Below, in pieces: positions 60,285 to 64,000 of a stretch of DNA of 64,000 nt; within the stretch, counting starts at the first letter, position 1; every line of letters begins with the position of its first letter. Below the pieces are notes generated by a model. The model was not told the DNA's origin, did no database searches, and worked only from the letters and a program-made list of their open reading frames with translations. The stretch covers positions 416,001-480,000 of the forward strand of contig CAWBYW010000007.1 in the NCBI GenBank assembly GCA_963792965.1, written 5' to 3'. The DNA is from an uncultured delta proteobacterium. GTDB taxonomy: Bacteria > Desulfobacterota > Zymogenia > Zymogenales > Zymogenaceae. A program made the translations under genes and the position numbers.

Positions 60285-61270
60285 CTGGATACCGCGTTCA
60301 TATCAAGGTTATGTGTCGTTGCCTCGGCTGCCCGGATCTTTCCTACCGCCGCGATCATGGCGGCGTTGTCGGTGCAGAGGTGTTTCGGAGGGATTATCGC
60401 GACAATATCACGCGTTGCCGCACGCCGGCTCATTTCGTCCCTCAGCCTCCCGTTTGCCGCCACCCCGCCCACGACGACAACGGTGCGAATAGACTCACGG
60501 ACGGCAAGCTCGACGGTCTTGTCCACCAGGGCGCCGACAACCGCCTCCTGAAAACCCTTGGCGACCCTTCCCACGGTGGTCCCGTCCAGGAGCTGTCGGC
60601 CGGCCACAAAGTTGCGCACCGCCGTCTTGATGCCGGAAAAAGAGAAATCGGAGGTCCCCTTCTTGACGAAGGGACGGGTAAACTCGACGGGCGCCTCCCG
60701 GCATCCCTCGGCCGCCGCCTCGATGACCTTCCCGCCGGGATAACCGAGGCCGAGGAGCTTGGCGACCTTGTCGAAAGCCTCTCCGGCCGCATCATCAAGG
60801 GTTTGCCCCGCGAGGCGATATTCTCCCTCGCGCCGCACCACATAGAGGTTCGTGTGTCCTCCGGAAACGACCAGCACCACGAACGGATACGCGGGGGGGG
60901 CGGGCAAAAGGTAACTTGAGGCGATATGCCCCTCGAGGTGATTGACTCCGACCAGCGGAATCGTGCGCGCAAGGCTGATCGCCTTTGCGGCCGACAGCCC
61001 CACCACGAGCGAGCCCACGAGCCCCGGCCCCCGGGTCACGGCGATCAGGTTGATGTCGGAGAGAGTCAGCCCCGCCGACGTGAGCGCGGAGTCGACGATC
61101 GGAATGATATTCTCGACGTGCTTCCGTGAGGCCAGCTCCGGCACGACCCCGCCGAACCTTCCGTGCACCTCGTCCTGCGACGACACGACGGTCGAGAGGA
61201 CCTCGTATTCATCCTTCAAGACCGCCGCGCAGGTGTCGTCACACGACGTATCGATTCCCAAAATAAGCAT
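60272..61270 (-). CDS. tsaD: tRNA t6A threonylcarbamoyltransferase TsaD
   Basis: ILGIDTSCDD, GGVVPELASRKH, HLEGH, VSGGHT, DDAAGEAFDK, TDNAAMI. Confidence 0.97.
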   Translation of the reverse strand: MLILGIDTSCDDTCAAVLKDEYEVLSTVVSSQDEVHGRFGGVVPELASRKHVENIIPIVDSALTSAGLTLSDINLIAVTRGPGLVGSLVVGLSAAKAISLARTIPLVGVNHLEGHIASSYLLPAPPAYPFVVLVVSGGHTNLYVVRREGEYRLAGQTLDDAAGEAFDKVAKLLGLGYPGGKVIEAAAEGCREAPVEFTRPFVKKGTSDFSFSGIKTAVRNFVAGRQLLDGTTVGRVAKGFQEAVVGALVDKTVELAVRESIRTVVVVGGVAANGRLRDEMSRRAATRDIVAIIPPKHLCTDNAAMIAAVGKIRAAEATTHNLDMNAVSRWMI

Positions 61271-61358
61271 ATCGAAAAAATCTATTGAGGTTGTCGTCCG
61301 TTTCGATTAAACTGTTACCTTACACGGCTTTGAGCGATAAGTCAAGTGAGTACGCGCT

Positions 61359-62666
61359 GTGGATGAGACAAGCTTTCGAAAGATCCTGACCGTCAGCGAG
61401 CTGACACGGACAATTACCGAGCTCCTCGAAGAGGCCTTCCCGTTCGTCTGGGTCCAGGGCGAGATATCGGGGCTCGCCCTTCCGGGGTCAGGCCATATCT
61501 ACTTCACCCTGAAGGACGATGCCTCACAGATCCGGGTGGCCATGTTCAAAAACCAGGCTCGCACCCTCGGAATTTCTTCCCTCCGCCCTCTTAAAGTCGA
61601 AAAAGATACCCGCGAGCCGTCATTCTTTCAGGACAAGGCGGCGACATCCGAGGCAGGTGGCCGGCTCCTCCAGGACGGACGCCAGGTCCTGGTGCTCGGG
61701 AGGATCTCGGTTTACGCACCGCGGGGCGAATACCAGCTTATCGCCGACCATATAGAGCCGGTCGGCATCGGTGCAATGACCCTTGCCCTGGAGGAGCTGA
61801 AGAGAAAGCTCTCGGAAAAGGGGTATTTCGAGCCCGCACGCAAAAAACCGCTCCCTTTCCTTCCCCTCAGGATTGCGATCGTGACCTCCCCCACCGGCGC
61901 CGCCCTCTTTGACATGCTCAAGATCATCTACCAGCGGATGCCGAGGGCCCGCGTCCTGGTCGTTCCGGTACGGGTTCAGGGCGAGGAGGCCCCGCTCGAG
62001 ATCGCCCACGCCCTCGCACTTGTGGACCGGGAAAAGCTTGCCGATGTCGTGATTGTCGGGCGCGGGGGCGGCTCGATCGAGGACCTCTGGGCGTTTAATA
62101 CCGAAGTCGTGGCCGACGCCGTCTTCAGCTCCTCAATTCCCATAATCTCGGCCGTCGGTCACGAGATAGATTTTACCGTCGCCGACCTCGTCGCCGACGT
62201 CCGCGCGCCGACGCCCACGGCCGCGGCTCAGCTCGCCACTCCGCGCATCGATGACCTCCTCATGACACTCGATTCGGCCGCCGCCCGGATGCGCGCCCGC
62301 GCCCAAAATCTGATCTTCGCCAATAAGGAGCGCCTGGTCTCCCTGACCCGCCGCATAAGGTACCCCCGGCGGGAATTCGAACGTTTCAGGCTCAGGATCA
62401 CCGTCGTGTACTCCCGGCTGCGATCGGCCGCCAGCGCGGCCGTCGGCACACGGGACAATACTTTTTCTTCGCTGGCCCACGCCCTCGAGAGGCTTTCGCC
62501 CCGCGCGGTGCTCGCCCGCGGTTATGCCGTCGTCGAGCGCGCAGATGACGGGCACCTCATCAAGAGCACTTCCGACATAGGGATCGGCCGGTCCGCCCGG
62601 ATCAGGCTCTCTCGGGGGACGTTGCTGGCCCGCATCGATAAGAAGGAGACAGATGAAAGCTCGTAG
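61359..62666 (+). CDS. xseA: Exodeoxyribonuclease VII large subunit
   Basis: WVQGEIS, SGHIYFTLKD, TSPTGAA, RGGGSIEDLW, GHEID, PTPTAAA. Confidence 0.96.
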   Translation: MDETSFRKILTVSELTRTITELLEEAFPFVWVQGEISGLALPGSGHIYFTLKDDASQIRVAMFKNQARTLGISSLRPLKVEKDTREPSFFQDKAATSEAGGRLLQDGRQVLVLGRISVYAPRGEYQLIADHIEPVGIGAMTLALEELKRKLSEKGYFEPARKKPLPFLPLRIAIVTSPTGAALFDMLKIIYQRMPRARVLVVPVRVQGEEAPLEIAHALALVDREKLADVVIVGRGGGSIEDLWAFNTEVVADAVFSSSIPIISAVGHEIDFTVADLVADVRAPTPTAAAQLATPRIDDLLMTLDSAAARMRARAQNLIFANKERLVSLTRRIRYPRREFERFRLRITVVYSRLRSAASAAVGTRDNTFSSLAHALERLSPRAVLARGYAVVERADDGHLIKSTSDIGIGRSARIRLSRGTLLARIDKKETDESS

Positions 62667-63519
62667 ACTACCGGCTGTGTGCGCACTATTTATTATCTGC
62701 GGCCTCCTTTCGCCCTCCGCCGGCGCCGCGAACATCGACTGCCCCGACCGCATGGCGCAGGGGGGAATCTGCCCGATAATCGTTTCCGGAGACGATACCG
62801 TCTCTTCAGTCACGGGGGCCTTCGGCAAGAGACACATCTATTTCAACCCGACCGGCACCCCCGGGACGTTTAGGGGGCTCTTGGGCGTCGACCTTGCGGC
62901 GGAGCCCGAGATGAAGCTTTTGATTATCACGACAAAGAAGGTCAACGGCACCGGGGAGATCGACACGAAGAACATTACAGTGAAGCCGGGCGATTTTTCC
63001 GTCCAGCGCCTAACCCTCGACAAGAAGTGGGAAGTCTTCGACGACAAGACTCGGGAGCGGATACAACACGAAAACAAGATCGCCTCGGCCCTCTATAGTA
63101 CGGAAACCCCGAAAAGGCTCTGGGAAGAGCCGTTCATGATGCCGCTCATCGGCCGGATCACCACGGGATTCGGGCTTATTCGCTATATAAACGGAGACCC
63201 GAGCACTTCCCACGCCGGACTCGATATCGGCGCCATTTCCGGCACGCAGGTGCTGGCCGCAAACGATGGGAGAGTTGCCCTCGTGATGGATATGTTTTTC
63301 TCGGGGCTCTCACTATTCATCGATCACGGCCAGGGCCTTTATACGACGTACTTCCACCTCTCCGACGTCCTCGTTAAGGAGGGTGATATAGTCAAGAGGG
63401 GACAGAAGATAGCGCTTGTGGGTGCGACCGGCCGGGTCACGGGTCCCCATCTTCACTTCGCCGTGCGGCTCAATTCCAATAAGGTAAACCCGTACGACCT
63501 TGTGGACAAGCAGTATTAG
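62653..63519 (+). CDS. M23 family metallopeptidase
   Basis: Signal peptide, HAGLD, IDHG, YFHL, TGPHLHF. Confidence 0.93.
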   Translation: MKARRLPAVCALFIICGLLSPSAGAANIDCPDRMAQGGICPIIVSGDDTVSSVTGAFGKRHIYFNPTGTPGTFRGLLGVDLAAEPEMKLLIITTKKVNGTGEIDTKNITVKPGDFSVQRLTLDKKWEVFDDKTRERIQHENKIASALYSTETPKRLWEEPFMMPLIGRITTGFGLIRYINGDPSTSHAGLDIGAISGTQVLAANDGRVALVMDMFFSGLSLFIDHGQGLYTTYFHLSDVLVKEGDIVKRGQKIALVGATGRVTGPHLHFAVRLNSNKVNPYDLVDKQY

Positions 63520-63679
63520 CGAAATCCTTTCCCTTGACTTTACGGGAGGGAAGTAATAGGATATTAAGATACGGTACGGGGTTGGTCCTCTTGCTTTTTT
63601 AAGGTGTCCGCCCGGGCGGCGGGGTCTTCCAAATCCGCCTTCTATGGGGATAACGGATTGGATAACGGGTGAGCTTCCT

Positions 63680-63916
63680 ATGGACGACATCGATTTCGAT
63701 TCAGGGCTGAGGCAGCTGGAACAGATCGTACAGAAACTCGAGGGCGGTCAGCTCACCCTTGAGGAGTCCCTCAAGGTATTCGAGGAAGGGATCGCACTTG
63801 TTCGTCTCCTTACCAAGAAACTGGACGAGGCCGAAAAGAAGATCGAGATTCTGACACAATCGGATAACGGGTCGATTCACATCGAGGATTTTGATCCAAA
63901 GGGAAAGGGAGAGTAG
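63680..63916 (+). CDS. xseB: Exodeoxyribonuclease VII small subunit
   Basis: FDSGLRQLEQIVQKLE...LEESLKVFEEG...LDEAEKKI. Confidence 0.93.
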   Translation: MDDIDFDSGLRQLEQIVQKLEGGQLTLEESLKVFEEGIALVRLLTKKLDEAEKKIEILTQSDNGSIHIEDFDPKGKGE

Positions 63917-64000
63917 CGCCCTATTCATTGCAATGGGGCGTGCGGCACAACCGCGCGCGGCGTCTTTCTTCTCGACCAGGAGGCCATATCTTTAACCTTG

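Overview
Bacterial chromosomal window, GC-rich and mostly housekeeping. Gene content (ybeY-lnt-prfB, long-form hflX, RomR-like regulator next to valS, MglA-like GTPase, nadC-birA-coaX-fusA paralog) suggests a deltaproteobacterial-type organism; this is inference. It also carries a TetR-headed catabolic/transport cluster (5.2-13.4 kb), two tRNA-Ser genes directly behind serS, an amino-acid ABC operon and a MoxR-DUF58-transglutaminase operon. About 15 single-base indels break genes including serS, valS and purC, most likely assembly errors; only the prfB frameshift looks programmed. The most unusual region is 19.1-24.1 kb, between two convergent genes. The last ~50 bp of an AIR-synthase-like gene occur three times, and the 3' end plus terminator of a lytic transglycosylase gene occurs twice. 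These repeats delimit four unrelated cassettes with no integrase in the window: a cupredoxin-like protein, a 4Fe-4S membrane protein, an AT-rich ParB-like/HEPN-like gene paired with a DNA adenine methylase, and a twin-arginine-leader peptide with ~17 Y-x-N/D motifs. Also notable are a probable ACG start of hflX behind a leaderless micro-ORF and several apparently leaderless genes.
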